Origin: Acidobacteriota bacterium | GTDB taxonomy: Bacteria > Acidobacteriota > UBA890 | Direction: 5' to 3' | Assembly (NCBI GenBank): GCA_965214245.1 | Contig: CBDCBL010000010.1 | Span: 480,414-544,413 of the forward strand | DNA length: 64,000 bases | In this document: in pieces, positions 21,304-31,357 of the stretch | Layout of the letters: each line of letters begins with the position of its first letter | How positions within the stretch are numbered: the stretch's first letter is position 1 | Made by a program: the position numbers and the translations under genes | The notes under the pieces: generated by a model | Database searches by the model: none | What the model was told of the DNA's origin: nothing | The model's input: the letters and a program-made list of their open reading frames with translations, nothing else

Positions 21304-22534
21304 TGGTCAACCTGATCGAAGGCGTTTCCTAAAACGCGGGGCCGCGTTCGCCGGTGGTTTGACCTTGGGAGGGGTAGAGCCCGCGATCCGCGAGGCAGCA
21401 GCATCTGGACAGTCTGTCGAGGGACAGCCTCAAGACGAGGTCCCCTACTATTCAAGTGATGAGCTGATCGCCTATGGCGAGCGCTCTCGTTTCGTGACGT
21501 CGAAACGCATACCACACGGCGGCAGGCCGTCACCCGATGAGTTTGGGCTCGTCTTTCATGTGGCGACTCCGCTTCAGGATTCGGTGGGGGTGATCACGCC
21601 ATCCGCGCTCCACTATGTGGGGACCACCCGGGGCTCCTTCGTTCCGGACATCGATCCCGAGGAGCATCGTCTCATGATCCACGGCATGGTGGAGCGTCCG
21701 CTGACGTTCACCATGGAGGACTTGAAGCGTCTCCCTTCCGTGACCCGCCTTCATTTCATCGAGTGCGCGGGGAACCGTTCGAGGCGCTCGCACACGACAG
21801 TGCAGGAAACGCACGGGATGACCAGCTGTGCCGAATGGACCGGAGTGCTCCTGTCTACGCTGCTCGAGGAGGCGGGCGTGCAAGACGGGGGGACCTGGAT
21901 CGTGACGGAAGGGGTGGAGGAAGTAAAAGGAGCGTCGAGCCTTCCAATGGCGAAGGCGATGGACGACATCCTGGTGGCCTACGGCATGAACGGCGAGGCG
22001 CTACGTCCCCAGCAAGGCTTCCCGCTGCGGCTGGTGGTTCCAGGCTTCGAAGGAATCCTTTCCGTGAAGTGGCTGAGGCGAATCAAGGTGGTGGACCGAT
22101 TCTACATGACCTACAACGACTACGGACATCTTCGTCAGGACCCCGACGACGCTGCGCTGGGTTACCAGATCGGACCGAAATCGGTCATCACCTTTCCGTC
22201 CGGGGGACAACAGCTGCCCGGCCGCGGATTCTACGAGATCAGCGGCTTGGCCTGGTCCGGCGGGGGGGCCGTTAGCAGGGTGGAAGTATCCACCGACGGT
22301 GGCGAGAGCTGGATGGACGCTGAAATTCGCGGGACGGCACATCGCATGGCGCATACTCGGTTCACCTTCAAGTGGACTTGGGACGGAACAGAGACCGAGC
22401 TCCAGTCGCGCTGCACGGACGAACTGGGCCAGATTCAACCGGATCGACGGCTGGTCCGTGTGAGAGGCCAGGACAATTCCATTCAGCCGTGGAGGATCGA
22501 GAGCGACGGGAGCGTGCACAATGCGATCTCTTAA
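21284..22534 (+). CDS. Sulfite dehydrogenase molybdopterin subunit (SorA/SoxC-like sulfite oxidase family) with Tat signal. The only in-frame start (GTG) lies inside the IS3 terminal repeat.
   Basis: RRRFLKRGAAFAGG Tat motif, sulfite-oxidase Moco domain and dimerisation domain. No start codon lies between the IS end and the Tat motif. Confidence 0.7.
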   Translation: MVLTAGSGQPDRRRFLKRGAAFAGGLTLGGVEPAIREAAASGQSVEGQPQDEVPYYSSDELIAYGERSRFVTSKRIPHGGRPSPDEFGLVFHVATPLQDSVGVITPSALHYVGTTRGSFVPDIDPEEHRLMIHGMVERPLTFTMEDLKRLPSVTRLHFIECAGNRSRRSHTTVQETHGMTSCAEWTGVLLSTLLEEAGVQDGGTWIVTEGVEEVKGASSLPMAKAMDDILVAYGMNGEALRPQQGFPLRLVVPGFEGILSVKWLRRIKVVDRFYMTYNDYGHLRQDPDDAALGYQIGPKSVITFPSGGQQLPGRGFYEISGLAWSGGGAVSRVEVSTDGGESWMDAEIRGTAHRMAHTRFTFKWTWDGTETELQSRCTDELGQIQPDRRLVRVRGQDNSIQPWRIESDGSVHNAIS

Positions 22535-23088
22535 GCTTTTCGCGTTTCTGATGCTCGTGGGGGGGGGCAGGCTCCGCGCTGGCGCAGTCGCCCACCTATG
22601 GTGTGGGAAGGACCCCGAGCGCAGAGGAAATCCGTGCCTGGGATATCTCCATCAGTCCTACGGGAGAGGAACTCCCGCCGGGGCGCGGAACCGCCACGGA
22701 AGGCGCGCTGATCTATCGGCGGACGTGCGCGCCATGCCACGGGGCGGATGGGACAGAGGGCCTCGCTCCCAGGCTGGTAAAACGCGAAGCGGGACCAGAT
22801 GCCGACCCCTGGGCATTGGGGCGAATACTGCCGATTCGCTCGCCGTACGCGACGACGGTATGGGATTACATCAATCGTGGCATGCCTCTCTATCGAGAAG
22901 GAACCCTCACCCCCGATCAGGTCTACGCGCTGACGGCCTTTCTGCTCTACTTGAACGATGTCATCTCGGAGGACGAGGTACTTGACGCCCAGAGTCTGCC
23001 GAGGGTGGAGATGCCAAATCGTGATAACTGGGCTCCGCTACCGGATTGGAAGCCCGGGATGCCAAGGCTGCCAGGTTACCCCCACTGA
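22521..23088 (+). CDS. Mono-haem cytochrome c (SorB/SoxD-like partner of the sulfite dehydrogenase). The frame breaks inside a G9 tract between signal peptide and mature domain.
   Basis: CAPCH haem-binding motif. Signal peptide MRSLKLFAFLMLVGG in frame 0; the mature protein is in frame +1 after GGGGGGGGG at 22559..22567. With 8 G the peptide reads ...LVGGAGSALAQSPTYG. Confidence 0.65.
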
Positions 23089-23143
23089 CGTACGGCAGGG
23101 TTGCCGGCCCGAATTTTACGGACCAAGGTGAAGACTGCGACGG

Positions 23144-23515
23144 CTACAGGGTGATTACCTGATCCGGAGGATTTCCCGCCAGCGCGGCGTACAGGTCTGG
23201 AAAGCAGCCCACCGCTACGCCTTCTACGGTGCCGACCGCGTGTCCCCTGTCGGGCCAGGTGCCACCCTCGCATAGCCCGCGCTCGGTCGCGCAGGAATCG
23301 CACATCATCAGCAGGATGCCTTTTTCCTTGGCGACTTTGGCGAGGCGCTCGCCCATTTGGTCCCCGGCACGGAGCATGTAGGTGTTGTCGTCGAAAAACA
23401 TCATGCCGACGACTTCCACTCCGTGGGCGTCCTGTTCGAGCTGCGGCAGGATCATCTGCCCGAGCTTGTAGCTGGCGGTGTGGCCGGAGGTGCTGAAGAC
23501 GTACGCTACTTTCAA
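23144..23515 (-). CDS. DsrE/DsrF/TusD-like sulfur-relay family protein
   Basis: 123 aa, DsrE-like fold signature with conserved Cys (MMCDSCA). Confidence 0.55.
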   Translation of the reverse strand: MKVAYVFSTSGHTASYKLGQMILPQLEQDAHGVEVVGMMFFDDNTYMLRAGDQMGERLAKVAKEKGILLMMCDSCATERGLCEGGTWPDRGHAVGTVEGVAVGCFPDLYAALAGNPPDQVITL

Positions 23516-23558
23516 TTTGAATCTTCCTTTGCCTTTACGTGGTGATCAGTTCGGCTAA

Positions 23559-25807
23559 CTACCACCCTGTCGGCACCCGCTGCTTCAACTCCTCGAACCA
23601 GTTGAGAACGACGTTGATGCGGGGGGTGGTGGTCTCTGTGTCTCCCGGGTCACCGCTACTAGCGGGCACCGTCACCAGGAACTTCTGTCCATCGGCGGTA
23701 ACATCGAAGTTGCTTAGGACACGCCTGGTGATGCCGGCGAGCTCGACAGGGTCGGATGCGGAAAACGGCTCCATCTCCACTTCCGCAACGAGGATGCCAG
23801 AGCTGTTGACGGAGCCGTAGTAGATTTCCTTTCCATCCTGCGACCAGCGAGGGCCACCACCACCACGGGTACTCGTAGAGACCGGAAATTTCCGACCGCT
23901 CGATACCTCCCGCACGTACACCTCATATTGCCCGGTCTCGTTCGACATGAAGGCAAAGAAGCGACCGTCCGGCGAGAAACGGCCGCTCCGCTCGTCGGCG
24001 GCGGTATCGACGAGTGTTTCCGTCTGATCTGCATCGAGAGCCAGTATCCCCACGTCGGCAGGGAGGAACCCTCTGGTAAACAGCAGCATCTCACCGTCCG
24101 CCGAGATCGACGTCGGGCTCACGTCATCCTCTGTATCCAACACTCGCTCGGCGTCGAGACTCTGGTCAGCCCGCCGCTTCCAGATGTCGTTATTGCCACC
24201 CCGATCCGACATGAAGAAAACCCACTCTCCATCGGGCGACCAAACAGGGGAACGGTTGTTGCCCTCCGTGGTCAGCAACACCTGGCTGCCTCCTCGTTCA
24301 ACCTCGTAGATCCAGATGTCCCACTTCCCATCATCTCCCTGGATGTCGAGCACGATGCGCTGCTCATCCGGCGAGAGGTCCAAGATCAGAGAGGAACGCG
24401 GCTCGAAGGGCAGCGGCTCAACTTGGCCGTTGTTGCGATCCACCCAGGCGAGTTGGTAAGAATTGTATCACCGCCACCCGGCATGTACACCAGCCCACCT
24501 CGATCCGAAAAGGCGTACTGCCCTGCTCCCCTGGTTTCGATAGCTTGTTCGACGCCCGCAACAATGGACACCGATCCTCCGGTAGCCTCGATGTTGTCTG
24601 CATCGAAGGGCACTGCAAAAAGGTTGCCTTGCAGCGAATAGACGAGGTGGCCGGTGGGCACGTAGCGGCCATCGGTCCCTCCCGCCACCACGAGCCGGAG
24701 CCCCTCAATGCAAACAGCAACCACTCGCCGCCGGGAAGAAGTTGGGGGCCGCGGGCTTGCTCGCCTTCTTCCATTTCAACGACTACCTCTGGCTCCCCGC
24801 CGTTCTCCGAGACACGCAAGATCCCTTTTGCACCCTGCCCGAAGTAAATGTAGCCGTCATCTGCCCAGCTCGCCCCGGAAGCAAACACAGGCGCCGCCCC
24901 CAGCGAGACCGGCGCACCCCCGGTGATCGAAACCTTCTTCATCTGCTCGTCAGCTCTCCAAAAGCCGAGCTGTTGGCCGTCGGGGGAAAAGAACGGCACT
25001 CTGGCACCCTCCGTGCCACGGATGGGTGTGGCAACTGGATCGTCAATCGCTCGCAGCCAAAGCTGCCGGTTTCCGTTAAATACCACCGACCTTCCATCGG
25101 GTGAGATCGCAACGCCCAGGGTGGCAAGGGACTGGAAAGTAGTTTCTGGTGGATAGTCGATGTGGAAACGCGTGATCAGGGGCTCGGGCGGCGACGGAAT
25201 CATGATCCAAACTCCGAGAGCTGCCAGCAGGGCGATGGCCACGGCTATCGGGGCTGCGAGTTTCCATGGGATGCCGCGTGTCATTTCCACGGCGGCAGGA
25301 GCGACAACCGGCTGGCCGTCACCGACCGGCACGGCCACGCCCGCTGTGATGTCGTCGCTGAGCTGCCGGAGGTCGACGACGATCTCGTCGCCCACCTGGT
25401 AGTGGCGATCCGCGTCCTTGGCCAAGCACTTCCGCAGGCTACGGTGCAGCTCGGCGGGCAGATCCGGCTTGATCTCACCCAGAGGTTGAGGCTCAGTACG
25501 GGCGATTGCATGCAGCGTATCGAGGACCGTTTCCCCACCGAACGCTTGCTTTCCAGCGATCATCTCGTACAGGACACAGCCGAAGGCGAACAAGTCGGCG
25601 CGTTGGTCGATCTCCACGTCGCCCTGAATCTGTTCCGGGGCCATGTAGCCGGCGGGTCCCCATTACCTGGCCCGCCACCGTCCCCAGCATGGTCGGCGAC
25701 ATCGACGCCGACGTTCCTGGTGGGGCCGGACCTTCGGTCAGCTTCGCCAGGCCGAAGTCGAGAACCTTCGCGTGGTTGTCGCGGGTCACGAAAATGTTGT
25801 CGGGCTT
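23559..25807 (-). pseudogene. Ser/Thr protein kinase with a transmembrane segment and C-terminal PD40/TolB-like propeller. The 5' end is truncated by IS3 copy A and there are at least 3 frame breaks.
   Basis: HKPDNIFV...DFGLAK catalytic and activation motifs in ORF 25493..25891. APE / subdomain IX-XI in ORF 24418..25644. PD40 repeats in ORFs 24386..24724 and 23559..24443. Kinase subdomains I-V are absent and the IS3 left end abuts at 25808. Confidence 0.7.
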
Positions 25808-25873
25808 GTGACCTGACCCCCCAAACGGATCCAGAGGTAATCTCACGATCCGGGTCGAAAAAGGGAGGTTAGA

Positions 25874-26152
25874 ATGCCGGCGAAGAGGCACAGCGCAGAG
25901 CAGATCGTACGGAAGCTACGGGAGGCTGAGGTGGAGCTGGCCCGCGGCGCGACGGTCAAGGATGCCTGCCGCAAGCTAGCAATCACCGAGCACACCTACT
26001 ACCGGTGGCGACGCGAGTACGGGGGGCTGAGGGTCGACGAGGCCAGGCGGCTGAAGCAACTTGAGAAGGAGAACGTCCGGCTCAAGAAGATTGTGGCGGA
26101 AAAGGAGCTGGATCTTTCGATCCTGAAGGAAGTTGCGGAGGGAAACTTCTGA
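25874..26152 (+). CDS. IS3-family transposase OrfA (helix-turn-helix / leucine-zipper)
   Basis: 92-aa ORF typical of IS3 OrfA. Confidence 0.85.
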   Translation: MPAKRHSAEQIVRKLREAEVELARGATVKDACRKLAITEHTYYRWRREYGGLRVDEARRLKQLEKENVRLKKIVAEKELDLSILKEVAEGNF

Positions 26153-26226
26153 GCCCGGCACGTCGCCGAGATGCGGTTGAGCATGTTCGGCGGAGGCTGG
26201 GCGTTTCCGAGCGACGAGCGTGCCGG

Positions 26227-27033
26227 GTGCTGAAACAGTCGCGCACGACGCAGCGGTACGTGCCACGGCAACCGGACGACGAGCAGGTGCTGACGGAGAG
26301 GATCGTGAACCTAGCCCGAGAGTATGGCCGCTACGGGTATCGGCGAGTGACGGCGCTACTGCGCATGGAGGGCTGGCTCGTGAACCACAAGCGGGTGCAA
26401 CGGATCTGGCGGCGCGAGGGGCTGAAAGTACCGAAGAAACAGCCCAAGCGAGCACGGCTGTGGCTCAACGATGGCTCCTGCATCCGACTGCGCCCCGAGA
26501 ACAAGGATCATGTCTGGGCGTATGACTTCGTCCACCACCGGACGCATGACGGTCGGGCTATGAGACTGCTGACGATCGTCGACGAGTACACACGGGAGAG
26601 CCTTGCAATCGACGTGGCGCGGAAGCTCAACTCCGAGGACGTACTTCACCGACTAGGACGACTGTTCGTTCATCGAGGTATTCCAGCGCACATCAGGTCA
26701 GATAACGGACCGGAATTCACTGCCGAGGCGGTTCGCGACTGGCTGGGCCGGCTCGGCGTCGGCACGCTGTTCATCGAGCCGGGCTCCCCATGGGAGAACG
26801 GCTATGTGGAGAGCTTCAACGGCAAGCTCAGAGACGAGCTGCTGAACGGGGAGATCTTCTACACGCTGAAGGAGGCAAAGGTTCTGATCGAGAGATGGCG
26901 CCAGCAGTACAACCGCGTACGACCGCACAGCTCGCTGGGCTATCGACCTCCGGCACCGGAAGCGGTGTTGTTGAAACCGGCTACGCTACGCTTCGCTGGC
27001 CTCAACAACCTCTTGTCAGCACCGTGTTACTGA
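26227..27033 (+). CDS. IS3-family transposase OrfB (DDE integrase core). It is expected to be made as an OrfAB fusion by -1 frameshifting.
   Basis: DDE/rve domain, in the -1 frame relative to orfA. Confidence 0.85.
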   Translation: MLKQSRTTQRYVPRQPDDEQVLTERIVNLAREYGRYGYRRVTALLRMEGWLVNHKRVQRIWRREGLKVPKKQPKRARLWLNDGSCIRLRPENKDHVWAYDFVHHRTHDGRAMRLLTIVDEYTRESLAIDVARKLNSEDVLHRLGRLFVHRGIPAHIRSDNGPEFTAEAVRDWLGRLGVGTLFIEPGSPWENGYVESFNGKLRDELLNGEIFYTLKEAKVLIERWRQQYNRVRPHSSLGYRPPAPEAVLLKPATLRFAGLNNLLSAPCY

Positions 27034-27047
27034 GATAGAAGGTGGTA

Positions 27048-28280
27048 CTAACCGCGGGGTCTGGTCACGGCCAACTCCTCCTGTTGGTCGATGATCGCGG
27101 CGAGATGCCGGTACCCGTCGATGCGGCGCATGCGGATCTGCCCGAACGCGATCAGCCCCCACAGCAGCGTCACCCCGGCCGCCTCGGTGCTGAACGATCC
27201 CTGGGTCTTGGTACGGCGACGGAACTCGCGGTTGAGGTTCTCCAGTGGGTTCGTCGTGCGCAGCGTCTTGCACATCGGTTTGGGGAACTCGTAGAAGGTC
27301 AGCAGCACCAGCCCCGCTTCCTCGAGGCTGCGCGCCACCGCCGGCACCAACCTCGACCACTTGCGCACGAAGTTGCTGTACGCGGCCCTCGCCTCGCTGC
27401 CGTTTGCCGCCTTCACGATGCGGTCCCAGTCTCGTTTCAGCTCGTCGTGGGCGTGTGACGGGCAATGCTTCAACAGATTCTTCCACTTGTGCTGAAGGCA
27501 GCGCTGCACCTTCGCTTCGGGCCACACCGTCGTCGCCTTGGCCAGCCCTTTGTGGCCGTCGGCGATGATCAGCCGGGGCGGCCGAAGACCTCTTTGCTCT
27601 AGGTCCTCGATCAGCCACTTCCAGTGACACCCGGCCTCCGAAGCGGCCCGACGCAACGCCACCAACACCTTGCGCCCATCTTCCGCCACTCCCAGCGCGG
27701 CGAAGATCGGCACCGACACGACCTGCCGCGCCAACCTCACCTTCAGGTGGAACCCGTCCAGGTACACGATCGGGTACGACTCACCGGTCAGATCGCGCTC
27801 GCACCACGTCCCGAACAGCTTCTTCAGCCGCCCCACCACCCTCGAGATCGCGCTCTTCGAGAGGTTCGCTTCACCCAGCAGCGGCGCGAGCGCCTTGCGC
27901 GAGCGCCTTGCGATCCGTCGGCTATTTGCACCCGCCAGGTACACCCCTAGAATCGCCTCGTCGACTTCCTCGGTGCGCCGTTGATACCGCGGCAGGATCG
28001 TGCTGCGGAACTCCCCGGTGCTGCCGTCCTCTCGCAGCAGCCGTCCCCGTGGTACCTCCAGATCCTGCGGCCCCTGCGCCATCGTGATCTGCCGCCGATA
28101 CGTCCCGTGCCGATATCCTCGCCGCGAGCCGTTGCGCTCGTACGGCCCGCATCCCAACGCCTTGGCGAGCTCCTCCTCAAGCGTGATCGTAATCGCCTCC
28201 TGGATGCGGCTGTGCAGCAGCTCCTGGATGGCGCTACGGAACTCGATGACCGATACCTCTCCCGTGCTACCGTTGCTCAT
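27048..28280 (-). CDS. IS256-family transposase, copy 2. It carries a 4-aa insertion, and its C-terminus is altered by read-through into the IS3 end.
   Basis: 410-aa ORF ending ...VTRPRG* with the stop inside the IS3 terminus. Confidence 0.8.
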   Translation of the reverse strand: MSNGSTGEVSVIEFRSAIQELLHSRIQEAITITLEEELAKALGCGPYERNGSRRGYRHGTYRRQITMAQGPQDLEVPRGRLLREDGSTGEFRSTILPRYQRRTEEVDEAILGVYLAGANSRRIARRSRKALAPLLGEANLSKSAISRVVGRLKKLFGTWCERDLTGESYPIVYLDGFHLKVRLARQVVSVPIFAALGVAEDGRKVLVALRRAASEAGCHWKWLIEDLEQRGLRPPRLIIADGHKGLAKATTVWPEAKVQRCLQHKWKNLLKHCPSHAHDELKRDWDRIVKAANGSEARAAYSNFVRKWSRLVPAVARSLEEAGLVLLTFYEFPKPMCKTLRTTNPLENLNREFRRRTKTQGSFSTEAAGVTLLWGLIAFGQIRMRRIDGYRHLAAIIDQQEELAVTRPRG

Positions 28281-28374
28281 GGTGTGACCTCCTTGTTGTC
28301 GCCGTTTCCAGCGACTCGTTTTTCCTACTCGGAGGTTACGCCATTTCTTTTTCTACAGGACTCGGGACGGATCC
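27068..28374 (-). mobile_element. IS256-family element copy 2. It lacks the terminal 74 bp of its transposase-distal end, which is replaced by the IS3 copy A right end.
   Basis: Collinear with copy 1 from the position equivalent to 4101 through the ...GGGACGGATCC end. Contains a 12-bp in-frame tandem duplication in the transposase (27888..27911). Confidence 0.8.
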
Positions 28375-28695
28375 GGACGTCCGGTCGAGAACTGCTACAT
28401 CGAGAGCTTCAACGGCAAGCTACGAGACGAGTGCTTGAGCCAGAGCTGGTTCCTGAGCCTCTCCGAGGCTCAGGAACCAGCTGGACGCATTCCGGAAGGA
28501 CTACAACGAAACGAGACCGCATTCTTCTTTAGGCAACCTGCCGCCTGCCGTGTATGTCCAACTGCTGCAGGAGGTTGCAGCTACCTGATGCCCACTAACC
28601 CGAGTTTTTCTCGTTTTCGATGGACCCAAGTTGGGGTACACCTCAAGCACCGTGTTACTGAGATAGAAGGTGGTACTAACCGCGGGGTCTGGTCA
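28375..28695 (+). mobile_element. 3' fragment of a variant IS3-family element: diverged orfB C-terminus with a frameshift, plus the same 50-bp right terminus.
   Basis: ...[15 protein letters not shown]... and ...KDYNETRPHSSLGNLPPAVY in two frames, then ...AGCACCGTGTTACTGAGATAGAAGGTGGTACTAACCGCGGGGTCTGGTCA. Confidence 0.7.
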
Positions 28696-29700
28696 TCAGG
28701 CCGTAGTCGGCCCCGGCGTGCAGGTGCCCAGCTAAGACTGTATCGGACAGGGTGTCGTCTTGGCGGGAGTTGTAGAACGACAGGGGAGGATCGTAAGCTT
28801 GAGCATTGCCCGATGTGTCCTGGTAATCGGCGGAGAACTGAACCCCGGACACCTTGACGACCGCGGGACCCAGCCCAACGCCCAAGTATGGAGAAATCCC
28901 GCGGTACACATCCGGAAAATCGTAGTATGCATTGAGCGCAAGGGTGTGCACGGAGAGATTGTCGATCGAGGCCCGGGCATTGGATGTGACCATACTACCC
29001 CGTCGTTCCTCCCTGGGCGTCCCATCGTAATAGGTGATGCCGCGGAACATCTGGTCGGTGTTGTTCTTCCGCCGCGCGAGCGATAGCTGCAAGCGTGTGC
29101 GGTTGAAAATGCGGCCGGCCGAGATCTCGAACGTGGCTCCGGCGGCAGCATCGATATCGTAACGTCAGCGGTATCCGGGGATTACGGGAACGGGATCTGT
29201 GTCGAAACAAGCGTCCGTCGGATAGCAGGTCGTCTCCCGATTCCAGCCCTCCTGGTCCATGTTGGATGCCCAATTCGATCCGATGCCCCCGACGACGTAC
29301 CACCCGGCGCGCGACCTGTTCTGGGCCGCCACGTCGGGGATGGAACAGAGCACCGGGATTCCACCAACGGCGGATGCGACCAACGCAAGACGCTCCCCAT
29401 AGTCGGAAATCTCAAGCTCCGGATCATCGAAGCCGATCGGTGGAACCGGTTCGGGCGCCATGCACTCCGGCGCGTCACTCGGCAACATGGCCGAATCGGG
29501 ATACAGCAGCGTATCGTACTTCGTCGGGTTCGTGACCGCGGAAACGGATGAGCCCAGCGTCGCGGCGTTTCCGGTGCCAGCATCGACGCCGACATAGAAA
29601 CCGCGCCGACTTTTCTGGGCGCTGGTCCTACCTGCACTGAGCAGGTAGGTGGCCAACGCCGCGGCAACGAGCGCGCGTGGAAGGCTTGACGATTCTTCAT
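28696..29700 (-). pseudogene. Outer-membrane beta-barrel protein (OmpA-like/OmpW-like barrel). Frame breaks in the signal peptide and mid-gene; the 3' end is truncated by the IS3-variant fragment.
   Basis: Signal-peptide-like ...ALVAAALATYLLSAGRTSAQ is out of frame with the ATG MKNRQ. Alternating beta-strand pattern in ORFs 29165..29656 and 28676..29092. The C-terminus reads into IS sequence. Confidence 0.5.
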
Positions 29701-29826
29701 CGCGGAGTCATGAGAACCTCAGAGCGGCCATGTGGGTGATCTGGGGGCCGGCATGAGCAACCGTGGGCTTTTTCGGCGAAAAGCGTGTGGCATCATGACA
29801 CGCCTACGAAGAACCTTCTGAGCAGC

Positions 29827-31212
29827 CTAGTCTTTGGGACCGAAAACCCACATCGTGCCGATCGTGAACGTATTCTGCCTGGTTCTCAGACCTGACGCGC
29901 CGCAGTCGGTGCATCCGAAGAAGGCTACATCCGACCAGTCACGGCGATACTCAAACCGAGTTAGGAAGCGCGGGTCATCCTTCACCGGCTGGACTTCAAA
30001 CGTAAGTGTATATTCCTTCAGGGTCTGTTCAACACCCGTCGAACGAGCTTCCTGGTCGTCAAGAAACTCAAAGCGATTCGCGATGCGGAACTGATCCGAC
30101 AGGTGAACGCGCGCGTACCCGCCCATCCCCCAAGATGTGGCGCTGACGCCAACCGGATCGTCGGCTTGGATGTAGTCTAGATTCACTATCACCTCGAACC
30201 GATCGTGCAGACTGCCATAAGCGTTCCAGCTCAAGTTCTTGAGCCAACCATCATTAGTCAGCTCGTTCTCGGGACCGTGGATCCAGGTCAGGGTCGTACT
30301 AAAGCGGTCGTTTGGTGCAAACGAACCCTGTACGCCGTAGGATTTGCCAGAGTTCTGATCGAACGCGTTATCGAAGCCGTTCACGAGCATGAAAGTTGCA
30401 GTGAACGTGTCGTTCAGAGGGACACTGATTTTCGCGCCGAGGTGTGAGAAAGGCTCATTCCAAGCCCATAAAATTCCACGAGTATAATTCCAGTTCAAGT
30501 GCGATTCCGGAACCTCAAGACCGGCGATAGTGCCGAACAAACCGACAGCAAGCTCAGCGCCGTTGCCGAAGCTGTAGTAGCCATAAGCCTGTTGCAGATT
30601 TATCACATCTTCCAGCGGTCCCGGTTCTACGCCATCACGAAATAGGCGAGCACCCGAACCGAACCAGATGTCCGAACGAAAGCCGATAGGGCCGTTAATC
30701 GATGCGTCGATTTCGAGTTTGACCTGGTTGAGACCGAAACCGCGTGAATTCGGGTTAGTGTAATAAAGTGTGTTCTGGCCGTCGTCTGGATCGTTGGTAT
30801 TGTACGTCAAATACGTATCCAGCAAGCCAGTGAAACTAATCGACTGGTCGCTGGTGCTTGCGCTTCCTTCCGGGGGATCATCGACCGACTCGACGTCCAT
30901 CACTGTCTTCGGCCGCACACAGATGACCCTATCAATTCCATCGAGGTTAACTTCGTCAGCGGGAGTAGCTGCCACCACGACCACTTCCAACGGAGCGGAA
31001 GTGGTGGCCGGCGCTGTCACGGTAGTCTGTCCGGAGGCACTCGTCTTTTCGAGCATCGACTCAAGCCACAGTATGCATTCACGTAATGACTTGCCTTCCG
31101 CCTGAAGTTCAATCTCAACCGGTTCGGATGACGGGGTCTGAGGCGGGGGAGCCACTAACAGGTCCATCGCGCTGCCCCCAAAGATTAGTGCTGCAGTAAA
31201 GAATTGTATCAA
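29827..31212 (-). CDS. Putative outer-membrane porin with N-terminal coiled-coil region and C-terminal Phe
   Basis: Signal peptide, then about 100-aa low-complexity/coiled-coil region, then a long amphipathic beta-strand domain ending ...MWVF. GC is clearly lower than the surroundings. Confidence 0.55.
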   Translation of the reverse strand: MIQFFTAALIFGGSAMDLLVAPPPQTPSSEPVEIELQAEGKSLRECILWLESMLEKTSASGQTTVTAPATTSAPLEVVVVAATPADEVNLDGIDRVICVRPKTVMDVESVDDPPEGSASTSDQSISFTGLLDTYLTYNTNDPDDGQNTLYYTNPNSRGFGLNQVKLEIDASINGPIGFRSDIWFGSGARLFRDGVEPGPLEDVINLQQAYGYYSFGNGAELAVGLFGTIAGLEVPESHLNWNYTRGILWAWNEPFSHLGAKISVPLNDTFTATFMLVNGFDNAFDQNSGKSYGVQGSFAPNDRFSTTLTWIHGPENELTNDGWLKNLSWNAYGSLHDRFEVIVNLDYIQADDPVGVSATSWGMGGYARVHLSDQFRIANRFEFLDDQEARSTGVEQTLKEYTLTFEVQPVKDDPRFLTRFEYRRDWSDVAFFGCTDCGASGLRTRQNTFTIGTMWVFGPKD

Positions 31213-31357
31213 GGGTTTCTCTCACGGTCACCTATGTGCGGGCGCGCTCAATGTCGCCAGAGCCCGCAGTCCAATCCAATCTATACCATAAGCGGGGAAG
31301 TGGTTTCTCCCTTGGGCCCATTAGAGCTGACCATCCCGGCCACGGGCCGTGCCGAGG

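Larger units (their letters stand above)
25808..27067 (+). mobile_element. IS3-family insertion sequence (IS407-like ends), copy A, 1260 bp
   Basis: Left inverted repeat TGACCTGACCCCCC..., right end ...GGGGTCTGGTCA. orfA and orfB in -1 frame arrangement. Identical copy in inverted orientation at 40390..41649. No target duplication (flanks cttg and cggc). Confidence 0.85.

Noticed and set aside
27042-27060. Recurrent small ORFs beginning MVLTAGSG... (21284, 27042, 40086)
   Set aside because: These are read-throughs of the IS3 terminal repeat reported by the ORF caller. Only the one at 21284 is biologically interesting, because a real gene continues from it.
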